This document shows positions 27,124 to 35,619 of a stretch of 64,000 nucleotides of DNA, one piece after another (within the stretch, counting starts at the first letter, position 1; the number at the start of each line of letters is the position of its first letter). Made by a program: the position numbers and the translations under genes. The notes below the pieces were generated by a model. That model had not been told where the DNA came from, made no database searches, and was given only the letters and a program-made list of their open reading frames with translations. The stretch is from an uncultured Solirubrobacterales bacterium (GTDB taxonomy: Bacteria > Actinomycetota > Thermoleophilia > Solirubrobacterales > Solirubrobacteraceae), in NCBI GenBank assembly GCA_963705245.1, contig OY970062.1:557421-621420 (forward strand), read 5' to 3'.

Positions 27124-28386
27124 TCAGCGGGTGCGTCGGCCGGAGCGACCCGGCACGCGGCCGCCTTCCGTGCCGGCCTCGGAGGCAGGGCCGCCCGCGG
27201 CGGAAATCCCGAGCACGCGCATCGCCTTCAGCCCGAGGCTGAGCTTCTCGCGACCGTCGCTGGAGCTGACGTCCAAACCTGATAGCTCGCGTACTCGCTC
27301 CAGGCGGTAGTAGATCGTGTGACGGTGCGTGAATAGTCGCTGGGCCGTACCGGCGACGTTGCCGTCAGCCTCCAGGAAGGTCGCAAGCGTGCGCACCAGC
27401 TCGGTCTCGTACTGCTCGTCATAGGCGAGCAGCGGCTCAACCGTCTCCGCATAGAAGCGTTGCAGCTCGGAAGGGTTCTCGCTCATCGCGCTCAGCAGCA
27501 GCCGGTAGGCGCCCGTTTGCTCGAAAGCCAGCGCTACCCCGTCAGAGCCCCCCTGCGCCACGTTCGCCGCAAGCAGCGCCTCGCTGGCAGCGCGCGGCAG
27601 ATCAGCGGGGTTCTCAGCGATGCGGCTGCGCCCGAGCGCGAATGTATAGCCCGCAAGGCCAGCCTCCATCTCCCGCAGCACGGCCTCCGCAGCGCGCGCG
27701 GCCGTCGCCTCGTCGCCTCCTGGCACCAACAGCAAGACCTCAGCGCCCAGGACCGTGCCGGCGCCGTCGCGCTCGGACAACGCGGCGATCGAGCGACTGA
27801 CTGCAGCGCGGGCGCCGCGCTCGGCGACAGCGCGTACGCGCGCGCGCCACCCCTCGTCGGTCGGCGCTTGCGGATGGGCGCGCGCGACGATCATGCTCGC
27901 GCCGTCTTGAACGTCGAGCGACAGCTCGTTCGCACGCGCGAGCAGCTCATCACGCTCAGTCAGCTCGTGTCGCAAGATCGCCCTCAGGAAGTCGGCCGCC
28001 GCCATCTCCGAGGCGCGCTCCGGAGCACGCACCCGCTCGACCTCTGAAGCGATCATCGTCACCAGCAGACGCTTCATCTGCGCGCTCGGCTCGGCTGACT
28101 CGAGATCGCTGGCGGTGTCACCGGAGGCGGTGGTCGCACGCATGTGCAACGTACCCACAACAGTGTCTCCGACGCGCAACGGAGTACTGCTTACACCTCT
28201 GCCCTGAGACAGCAGCGCGCGCTCCTCCGCGGGGGATCGCGCGGCGACGGCAAGTGTGGCGCCCCATGCATCGGCTACGGCCAAGCTCGCGTCCAGGGCT
28301 TTTGCTGCCGCGCGCACAACTTCAGGCAATCCGGCGCCGGACTCGACCGCCTCGGTTACGGCTTCAAGAGCCGCGAACTCGGACAT
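27124..28386 (-). CDS. PucR/CdaR family transcriptional regulator
   Basis: C-terminal LLAYD...ELVRTLATFL...TAQRLFTHRHTIYYRLERVREL HTH. Confidence 0.88.
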   Translation of the reverse strand: MSEFAALEAVTEAVESGAGLPEVVRAAAKALDASLAVADAWGATLAVAARSPAEERALLSQGRGVSSTPLRVGDTVVGTLHMRATTASGDTASDLESAEPSAQMKRLLVTMIASEVERVRAPERASEMAAADFLRAILRHELTERDELLARANELSLDVQDGASMIVARAHPQAPTDEGWRARVRAVAERGARAAVSRSIAALSERDGAGTVLGAEVLLLVPGGDEATAARAAEAVLREMEAGLAGYTFALGRSRIAENPADLPRAASEALLAANVAQGGSDGVALAFEQTGAYRLLLSAMSENPSELQRFYAETVEPLLAYDEQYETELVRTLATFLEADGNVAGTAQRLFTHRHTIYYRLERVRELSGLDVSSSDGREKLSLGLKAMRVLGISAAGGPASEAGTEGGRVPGRSGRRTR

Positions 28387-28394
28387 GAGTCCCG

Positions 28395-28607
28395 TCAACC
28401 CCAGAAGTAGATGACGGCGAGCGCTCCCGCCACGCCGATGCCGACGAGCACAGCGAGCACGTACAGGGACAGGATGCTCGCCGCTACCCGCTCCCAGAGG
28501 CGCGAGTAGCTGGTCCAGGCAGGTGCAAGGATCAGGCCGGCATACAGCGCCACACCGAACACGCCCGCGCAGACGGCTACCAGATCGTTGACCGCTGTCC
28601 TGCTCAT
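28395..28607 (-). CDS. Small two-TM hypothetical protein
   Basis: 70 aa with two hydrophobic helices; in the operon after ispE. Confidence 0.6.
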   Translation of the reverse strand: MSRTAVNDLVAVCAGVFGVALYAGLILAPAWTSYSRLWERVAASILSLYVLAVLVGIGVAGALAVIYFWG

Positions 28608-28697
28608 CGAGCGTGATTGTGACGCATAGGGCTGTCGGTGGATAGCGCGACATCGCGCTATCCAACCGGCCAATACCATCGGCCGCCGTCTCCAGTG

Positions 28698-29648
28698 TCA
28701 CTCTGACCGCGCGAATGTCGCGTCCACCGGCACAGCGCAGATCGGCGCGGGGTCTCGCCCAGCCAGGCCGGCCGCCGCACGCTCGGCTCGCCCGGGACCG
28801 TTGGCGCGCAGGAACAAGCCCACGACGGTCGGGCCCGACCCGCTCACGAAGGCCGCGTCGGCTCCCGCTTCCAGTGCCTGCTCGAGCGATTGCTCGATCT
28901 GAGGACACAGCGAGATCGCCGCGGCTTGCAGGTCGTTGTGCAACAGCTCCCGCTCGGCGGGCGCCGCTGCGCCGAGCTCAAACGCGACGCTCAGCGCGTC
29001 AACGATGTCTCGCAACGCCTGCGATGTCCGCTGGAGGCCAAGCTCGTCCGCAAGCCCGTCCGCCCGCTCATACACAGCGGCGGTCGACAGCCCGACCGCA
29101 ATTGGCAACACGAGCACACCGAAGGGACGGCTCGGCGGGACCAGCTCACGCAGACGCTCACCCGCACCTGTCGCCAGCCAGCGTCCAGGAGCGATTTGCG
29201 CCGAGACGTCGGCCCCCAGCCGCGCTCCCAGCTCGAGCAGCAGCTCATCCGAACCGAGCCCCGATGCTTGCCTGGCCAGACGCAGCGTTGCCGCCGCGTC
29301 CGCCGACCCACCTCCCAGGCCGGCGGCGACCGGAATCCGCTTGGTGATGCTCAGTCGCAGCGGCCCAACGTCCCAGCCGGTCTCCTGGCGAAACAGGCGA
29401 AGCGCCATCGCCGCCAGGTTTTCGCCGGGGGCTCCCGGCACCCCAGGACAGACGAGCTCATCTTCCTCGGTGGGAACGGAGCGAAGCGACTCCAAGGTCA
29501 GCTCGTCGGCAAGCGAGATCGACTGCATCACGCTCGCCAGCTCGTGCTTGCCATCTTCGCGCACGGGTCCCATAAACAAGCCGAGGTTGATCTTCGCGGG
29601 CGCGCTGGCGCGCAGGCGCACGTGCAGGGACTCCGACGCGGGGGTCAT
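28698..29648 (-). CDS. ispE: 4-diphosphocytidyl-2-C-methyl-D-erythritol kinase
   Basis: PAKINLGL, KRIPVAAGLGGGSADAA, LGADV and VSGSGPTV. Confidence 0.96.
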   Translation of the reverse strand: MTPASESLHVRLRASAPAKINLGLFMGPVREDGKHELASVMQSISLADELTLESLRSVPTEEDELVCPGVPGAPGENLAAMALRLFRQETGWDVGPLRLSITKRIPVAAGLGGGSADAAATLRLARQASGLGSDELLLELGARLGADVSAQIAPGRWLATGAGERLRELVPPSRPFGVLVLPIAVGLSTAAVYERADGLADELGLQRTSQALRDIVDALSVAFELGAAAPAERELLHNDLQAAAISLCPQIEQSLEQALEAGADAAFVSGSGPTVVGLFLRANGPGRAERAAAGLAGRDPAPICAVPVDATFARSE

Positions 29649-30625
29649 ATCTCGAGCAGACGTCCCAGCTCGCGAAAATCCTCGGGCGACAGCCGCTCCG
29701 CGCGCACGTTCTCGGGATGGCCGAGCTCGGTCAAAGCAAAGCGGATCTCCTCGCGTGAGTGCCCACCGACGAAAGCTCCACCTGCGAAGGCCTCTGGGAC
29801 GCGCCCGCGAGCCGGCTCGCCGTCCCGTCCACTGGCGCCTTTGGTGGATGGCCCGGAGGATCCCCGACCCACGAGTGCGAGCGAACCGGCCAGGGTCTTG
29901 CGCCGGTGGGCGAACGCGCCACGCACGAGTGCGCGCAATGCAGGCGAAGGGGCCGCTCGGATCCGACTCATCCTGACCAGCACCGAATCGACGTTCGGCT
30001 CCGGATAGAAGACCGTGCGTGGGATCGCCCGCATAACCTTTACTTCGCAGGCGAGCTGGGCGATCACCGAGCTGACGCCGTACTCACCACCTCCGGGCGC
30101 TGCCGCAAGCCGCTCCCCGACCTCCCGCTGGACCATTGCCACCCATAGTTGAACATCTCCCAGCTCCTCGATCGTGCGCAGCAACGCTCCTGCCGCAATT
30201 CCGTAAGGGAGGTTCGCGACGACCTTGCCGGGCGCGGGGCTCAATCCTGCGAGGTCAATTTTCATCGCGTCGCCCCAATGCACGCTCACGTTCGGATGTG
30301 GGTCGGTCGCGTCGAGCAGCGCCTCGCGCAGGCGCGTGTCGATCTCAATGACGTGCACGTGCTCGGCACGCTCAGCCAGATGCTCGGACAACACCCCCAA
30401 GCCGCCACCGATCTCCAGGATGACGTCGTGCTCGTTGCACTCCGCCGCACGGTCGATCACACCCAGGATGTTCGAGTCGATCAGGAAGTTCTGCCCCAGC
30501 TCTCGATCGGGGCGGATGTCGAAGCGATGCATACGCCGCAAGGTCGGCTGGGCCGGCTCAGACGCCTCGATGCTCGGCGGCGGCGAGACCCAGCCCGGCG
30601 GTCGGGCTTCGCCCACTATCTTCAT
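29645..30625 (-). CDS. rsmA: 16S rRNA m6,2A dimethyltransferase KsgA
   Basis: LGQNFL, EIGGGLG, VVANLPY, MVQREV and P.VDS; Gly/Ser-rich insertion near the C-terminus; ATGA overlap with tatD. Confidence 0.95.
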   Translation of the reverse strand: MKIVGEARPPGWVSPPPSIEASEPAQPTLRRMHRFDIRPDRELGQNFLIDSNILGVIDRAAECNEHDVILEIGGGLGVLSEHLAERAEHVHVIEIDTRLREALLDATDPHPNVSVHWGDAMKIDLAGLSPAPGKVVANLPYGIAAGALLRTIEELGDVQLWVAMVQREVGERLAAAPGGGEYGVSSVIAQLACEVKVMRAIPRTVFYPEPNVDSVLVRMSRIRAAPSPALRALVRGAFAHRRKTLAGSLALVGRGSSGPSTKGASGRDGEPARGRVPEAFAGGAFVGGHSREEIRFALTELGHPENVRAERLSPEDFRELGRLLEI

Positions 30626-31374
30626 CCCCAGCCGAACACACGCGCCGCGTTACGCTCGACGACCGTGTCGAGCTCGGCCAGGCTCACTCCCCGAAGCGCC
30701 GCCACGAACTCAGCCGTGTGCGTGACGAATGCCGGCTGGTTGCGCTGCTTGCGCACGACCTGCGGAGTCAGGTATGGCGCGTCGGTCTCAACCAGCAGCT
30801 GCTCGTCAGGCACCTGACGCGCCGCGGCAGCGAGATCGGCGGCACTTTTGTAGGTGACGTTGCCTGCAAAGGAGATCGTGTAGCCACGGTCCAGGCACTC
30901 CCGCAGATGGTCGGGCATCGAGAAGCAGTGGATCACGACGCTCAGTCCCTGCGCTTCGGCAGCGAGCTGTGCAAGCGTCTCGTCGGCAGCCTCGCGCGAG
31001 TGGATCACGAGCGGTAGGCCCGTCGCACGCGCGAGTCTGATGTGCGCAGCGAACGCACGCTCCTGGTCGGAACGGGGCGCGCCGTCGCGGTAGAAGTCCA
31101 GCCCCGTCTCCCCGATCGCAAGGCAGCGCTCATGTGCAGCCAGCGCGCTCAGCTCCGCCAGGTCGGCATCGTCGAATCCCTTCGCAGCGTTCGGATGGCG
31201 CCCAACCGCCGCGTATACCTGGGGAAACGCCTCGGCTGCTGCCAGCGCCGCTTGGCAGGACGCGCTTTCGGTGCCGACCGTCAGCATCCGGGTCACCCCT
31301 GCCGCATCCGCCGCCGTGACCAACTCCGTGTCGGGCGGCTCGCACAAATCGAGGTGCGTGTGACTATCAATCAT
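30622..31374 (-). CDS. tatD: TatD family nuclease/hydrolase
   Basis: DSHTH, IGETGLD, IHSRE, HCFS and VETDAPYL. Confidence 0.95.
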   Translation of the reverse strand: MIDSHTHLDLCEPPDTELVTAADAAGVTRMLTVGTESASCQAALAAAEAFPQVYAAVGRHPNAAKGFDDADLAELSALAAHERCLAIGETGLDFYRDGAPRSDQERAFAAHIRLARATGLPLVIHSREAADETLAQLAAEAQGLSVVIHCFSMPDHLRECLDRGYTISFAGNVTYKSAADLAAAARQVPDEQLLVETDAPYLTPQVVRKQRNQPAFVTHTAEFVAALRGVSLAELDTVVERNAARVFGWG

Positions 31375-31428
31375 GCCGCCACCCCGCTTCGCCGCGACGG
31401 CATCTATCGAGGTGTGTATCGCTCACGA

Positions 31429-32973
31429 TCATGCCGTTACGCCACCCGCTACGTCGCCTCGAGTATCTGCGCTCTTGGGGAACAACGGCTCGATCGGCGT
31501 CACCCGCCCGACGGAGCCAGCGCCGAGTCGCGCCCCGGCGAGCGTCACGTCCTGAGCGCCGAGCGCCGCCAGCAACCTGCTGGTGCTCGCCGGCAAGTAG
31601 GGGTGCAGCAGCACCGAGACGACTCGCAACCCCTCGATGAGCGTGCCCAGCACGCGGTCCAGCTCGCTTGCTTGGTCCTCGTCCTTTGCGAGCCGCCAGG
31701 GTGCCTGCTCCTCGACATAGCGATTCAACCGCCGGACGCGTTGCCAGATCTCCTCGAGTGCGACCGTCAACTCGCAGCGGTCGATCAGCTGCGCGACGCG
31801 CTCGCTCAGACCCGCGAAGTCGGCTGCGAGGACCGCATCGGGTTCAACCGTCGGCACGACTCCATCCCGATAGCGCCCGACCATCGCGAGCGTACGGCTG
31901 GCGAGATTGCCGAGCTCGTTGGCCAACTCGCTCTCATACCGCTGCTCGAACGAGGATGTCGACACTGAGCCATCCTGGCCAAAAGACACGTCGCGCAGCA
32001 GGTAGAAGCGCAGCGGGTCAGCGCCGAATCGCTCGATCACCGCGAACGGGTCGAGCACGTTGCCCAGCGACTTCGACATCTTCTCGCCGTCCATCAGCAG
32101 GTATCCATGGACGAACACACGCCCGGGCAACTCCAATCCTGCGGCCATCAGCAGTGCTGGCCAGTACACGGCGTGAAACCGCAGGATGTCCTTCGCGATC
32201 ACATGACAGTCGGCGGGCCAGTACGTATCCGTCAGGTCAGCGCCGGGCTGGGCGTAGGAGAGTGCTGAGTAATAGTTCAACAGCGCATCGAACCAGACGT
32301 AGAACACGTGCTCGGTATCCCACGGCACCTGCACTCCCCAGGTCAGCTTGTGCCGTGTCAGTGGCACGTCGCGCAGACCCGAGCGGATGAATGACAGCGC
32401 CTCGTTGTAACGCGTTTGCGGCGCGACGAAGTCCTTGCGCTCGCTGTACAGCCGTTCGAGGGGCTCCTGAAACGAGGACAGCTTGAAGAAATAGCTGTCC
32501 TCCTGCTCGCGCGTCAGCTCGATGTGATGGATCGGGCAACGAGTGCCCTCGTCGATCTCGTTCTCGGCCTTGAAGTCCGCACACCGCGGGCAGTACCAGC
32601 CTTCGTAGGAGCCCTCGTACACGAATCCGTTCTCGCGCACGCGCGCAAGCACCTCCTGCACCTTCGCCATGTGCTGGGGGTCGGTGGTGCGAATGAAGAA
32701 GTCGTTTGACGCCTCGATCTGCGGCGCGAGCGCTATGAACCGCTCGGCATTGCGATCCGCGAGCGCTTGCGGCTCGATCCCGAGCGCATGCGCTGCGTCG
32801 GCGACCGGCTCGCCATGCTCGTCGGTTCCGGTCAAGAAAAACACCTCTTCGCCGCGTTGGCGATGATGCCGGGCCATCACGTCGGCGGCAATCGTCGTAT
32901 ACGCGTGCCCGAGATGGGGAGCGGCGTTTACGTAGTAGATCGGAGTTGTGACGTAGAAGGACTTACGAGACAT
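31429..32973 (-). CDS. metG: Methionyl-tRNA synthetase, short form
   Basis: YVTTPIYY, HLGH, GTDEHG, YVWFDAL and KMSKS; start at ATG 32973. Confidence 0.97.
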   Translation of the reverse strand: MSRKSFYVTTPIYYVNAAPHLGHAYTTIAADVMARHHRQRGEEVFFLTGTDEHGEPVADAAHALGIEPQALADRNAERFIALAPQIEASNDFFIRTTDPQHMAKVQEVLARVRENGFVYEGSYEGWYCPRCADFKAENEIDEGTRCPIHHIELTREQEDSYFFKLSSFQEPLERLYSERKDFVAPQTRYNEALSFIRSGLRDVPLTRHKLTWGVQVPWDTEHVFYVWFDALLNYYSALSYAQPGADLTDTYWPADCHVIAKDILRFHAVYWPALLMAAGLELPGRVFVHGYLLMDGEKMSKSLGNVLDPFAVIERFGADPLRFYLLRDVSFGQDGSVSTSSFEQRYESELANELGNLASRTLAMVGRYRDGVVPTVEPDAVLAADFAGLSERVAQLIDRCELTVALEEIWQRVRRLNRYVEEQAPWRLAKDEDQASELDRVLGTLIEGLRVVSVLLHPYLPASTSRLLAALGAQDVTLAGARLGAGSVGRVTPIEPLFPKSADTRGDVAGGVTA

Positions 32974-32984
32974 ACGCGTCCAGG

Positions 32985-33836
32985 CTACTGTCCTGCGCGC
33001 ACGAGCTCCCGGTACAGCTCGTTTGCGCCCAGCCCGGTCAGCTTCGCGACCGCCGTGGCCGCCGGCCGCGGCTTCGCGCCGGCGTCGATCAGCTCGCGCA
33101 GGATGACCAGCGCCCTCTCGCGAGAAACCTGGCCCGGTGGGGCGGCGCCGCACACCAGCACTATCTCGCCGCGGGGCGGGCTCTCGCTGCAGACGGCAGC
33201 CAGCTCGGCGGCGCTGCCACGGCGGACTTCCTCGTGGAGCTTGGTCAGCTCTCTGCATACCGCCACCGGGCGCTCCGGGTCATGCGCAGCCAGCAGCGCC
33301 AGCGTGGCGGCCAGGCGTCGTGGCGACTCGAACGCGACGAGCGTCTCGGTCGTGTCCCCCAGAAGAGTCTCGAGCTCACCGCGAGCGCGTGGCAGGAATC
33401 CGACGAAACGCCAGCGCTCGACGGGCAAGCCCGAAGCGACCAGCGCAGCGATCGCCGCGCTTGGGCCGGGTAGGACGATCACCGGCAATCCCTGCTCAAT
33501 GCAGGCCCGTACAAGCGCGAACCCCGGGTCGGAGATCAGCGGCGTGCCCGCGTCGCTGACAAGCGCCACAGTCTCCCCGACTCGAACTCGCGCCACCAGC
33601 TCCTGAGCGCGAGCGCGTTCGTTGTGCTCGTGCAGACTCACCAGCCGCCCAACGGCGATGCCATGGCGGTCGAGCAAGATCTGTGTATGGCGCGTGTCCT
33701 CGCACGCGACCACATCGGCGTCTCTGAGCGCATCGAGCACGCGCAGCGTCACGTCACCGAGGTTCCCGATCGGGGTCGCGCATACAAGCAATCTCCCATG
33801 CGTCTCCGGTTCAACCGGAGGGTTCTCGGCGCTCAT
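32985..33836 (-). CDS. rsmI: 16S rRNA C1402 2'-O-methyltransferase
   Basis: ATPIGNLGD, ACEDTR, SDAGTPLISDPG, FESPRR and RELTKLHEE. Confidence 0.96.
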   Translation of the reverse strand: MSAENPPVEPETHGRLLVCATPIGNLGDVTLRVLDALRDADVVACEDTRHTQILLDRHGIAVGRLVSLHEHNERARAQELVARVRVGETVALVSDAGTPLISDPGFALVRACIEQGLPVIVLPGPSAAIAALVASGLPVERWRFVGFLPRARGELETLLGDTTETLVAFESPRRLAATLALLAAHDPERPVAVCRELTKLHEEVRRGSAAELAAVCSESPPRGEIVLVCGAAPPGQVSRERALVILRELIDAGAKPRPAATAVAKLTGLGANELYRELVRAGQ

Positions 33837-33992
33837 CTCGCAACTATAGGTTCGTCACGACAGAGACTGAGTTGAGTGGTCGGGCCATGGATGGCGGACA
33901 TCGCATCTCGATCGGGCAGCGAGGGACTCTCGTAAACGGCGCCGAACCACCACCAACCACTCAGCATCCACAGGACCCACAGGACTGAACCC

Positions 33993-35081
33993 GTGTCCAC
34001 CCCACCCGACCAGCCACCCCAGTACACCCGCTACCGCGCCGGGCGCCGTCTGCGACCGCGACGCGAGGACGAGAGCCTGGTCGACCCACTGAGTAGTGCC
34101 GCCCGCACTCGTGAGGGGGAGGCCCGCGGTGAATGGCGAGCGCGGATCACTCCGCAACGCGTAGTCCTTGGTCTGCTCGGCCTGATCGTGGGCTGGCTGA
34201 TCCTGTCGCTTGTGCTGTTCCTGATCAGCTCCCATTTCGAGCGCACCTCCCCACCGTCAGACGTCGCGAGCGTGCTCGATCCCGCAGGCTATCCGCTGAC
34301 CTCGGCCAACAACATCCTCGTGCTCGGCTCCGATCGTCGCCAGAAGAACAGCCGCGAACCGGGCGCCGAAACCACGGGCCCGGGCCGCTCGGACTCGATC
34401 ATGTTGATCCGGACCGGCGGCGGACATGCGGCGCGTCTGTCGATCCCGCGCGACACCGTCGTGGAGATTCCTGGTCATGGCCTGCAAAAGATCAACGCGG
34501 CACACGAGTTCGGCGGACCCGCGCTGTCGATCTCGGTGATCAAGAGCTGGCTGGACATCCCGATCAACCACATGGTGGAAGTCAACTTCGAAAACTTCCC
34601 TGCCCTGATCGACGCGATGGGCGGCGTCACCTACACCGGAGGCTGCATCGTCTCGCGCCTTGACGGCGGGTTCAGCCAGGGCGGCTACACACTGCGCCTG
34701 AGCGCCGGCACCCACCACCTCGACGGGAAGCAGGCGCTCGCGCTGTCGCGCACCCGCGAGAACCTGTGCGCTCCCAACGAGACCGACATCCAGCGCGAGG
34801 AACATCAGCAAGCGCTGTTTACCGATATGAAGTCCCAGCTGCTCTCCCCATCGAGCTTCCCGCGCCTCCCGTGGATCGCCTGGAATGCGCCGCCGACGAT
34901 CATCTCCGACATGAGCGGTCCGACGCTGATCGGGCTGTTCGGAGCGCTTGCCATCTCAGGAACGCCCCCGACACGCGTGCTTACGCCGTCTGGGACCGTC
35001 ACGCTACCCGACGGGGAGCAGGGCCTGACCGTCTCGGAATCTGAGCGCCGCGCGGCAGTCGCGCGGTTCATGGCCGGCTGA
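33993..35081 (+). CDS. LytR-CpsA-Psr (LCP) family phosphotransferase
   Basis: Transmembrane helix; ILVLGSD, RSDSIM, SIPRDT, KINAA and ALALSRTR. Confidence 0.93.
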   Translation: MSTPPDQPPQYTRYRAGRRLRPRREDESLVDPLSSAARTREGEARGEWRARITPQRVVLGLLGLIVGWLILSLVLFLISSHFERTSPPSDVASVLDPAGYPLTSANNILVLGSDRRQKNSREPGAETTGPGRSDSIMLIRTGGGHAARLSIPRDTVVEIPGHGLQKINAAHEFGGPALSISVIKSWLDIPINHMVEVNFENFPALIDAMGGVTYTGGCIVSRLDGGFSQGGYTLRLSAGTHHLDGKQALALSRTRENLCAPNETDIQREEHQQALFTDMKSQLLSPSSFPRLPWIAWNAPPTIISDMSGPTLIGLFGALAISGTPPTRVLTPSGTVTLPDGEQGLTVSESERRAAVARFMAG

Positions 35082-35102
35082 AAGGCGAACTGAGCGCGAG
35101 CG

Positions 35103-35159
35103 ACAGCGGCAGTCCGACTTCAGCCCTAGCCGACTTCGAGCGGCAGCCCGACTTCAGCT
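35103..35159. repeat. Short repeats containing CCGACTTC between convergent genes
   Basis: AGCGGCAG(T/C)CCGACTTCAGC twice, with a third CCGACTTC between them. Confidence 0.65.
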
Positions 35160-35501
35160 CTTCGCCGCTACCGGCTTGGGCTTCTCAGGCTTGCTCGACG
35201 AGTCCTTTGCGGTCGACTCGGGCTTTGCTTTCGTCTCCGATCCAGATGAGTCTTTGCTCTCCGAGGAGCTGCCGGCAGACGCCTTCGATCCCTCCGCCGC
35301 GGCAGCGTTCTCACGCTGGCGTTTGCGGGTGCCGTAGTCGGTGTTGTAAAAGCCCTTGCCCTTGAAGTGGACCGCCGGAGCGTGCAGCACGCGCTCGACC
35401 GGCACACCCGTGTCGGGGTCATGTGTCAAGGAATCGTCGCTGAAGGACTGCACCAGCTCGAAGGTGCTCCCGTCAGGTCGTCTGTACTCGTAGATCGGCA
35501 C
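35154..35501 (-). CDS. FmdB-family small regulatory protein, cysteine-free variant
   Basis: MPIYEY...FELVQSFSDD...PVERVLHAPAVHFKGKGFYNTDY; TATAAT 10 nt upstream of GTG 35501. Confidence 0.85.
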   Translation of the reverse strand: MPIYEYRRPDGSTFELVQSFSDDSLTHDPDTGVPVERVLHAPAVHFKGKGFYNTDYGTRKRQRENAAAAEGSKASAGSSSESKDSSGSETKAKPESTAKDSSSKPEKPKPVAAKS

Positions 35502-35619
35502 TGGCAGTCCGATTATAGGAGTGCCGCCGAACGCAACCACACCTCGAACGCGCGGCCAGATCTCGACGCGACGTCCCCATCCTCTGTAAAAGTCCGATCA
35601 GTGATATTGTCCCGTGATT

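Noticed and set aside
32974-32984. T-box or SAM riboswitch upstream of metG; TPP riboswitch upstream of ilvG
   Set aside because: No room upstream of metG (11 bp) and no riboswitch consensus upstream of ilvG; both have -10-like hexamers close to the start codon
32974-33258. N-terminal extension of metG, and similar extensions of prs, mdh, icd, sdhB, the PucR regulator and the Gfo/Idh/MocA gene
   Set aside because: They overlap upstream genes and lack homology-like sequence; internal starts with an SD, -10 box or stop overlap were chosen
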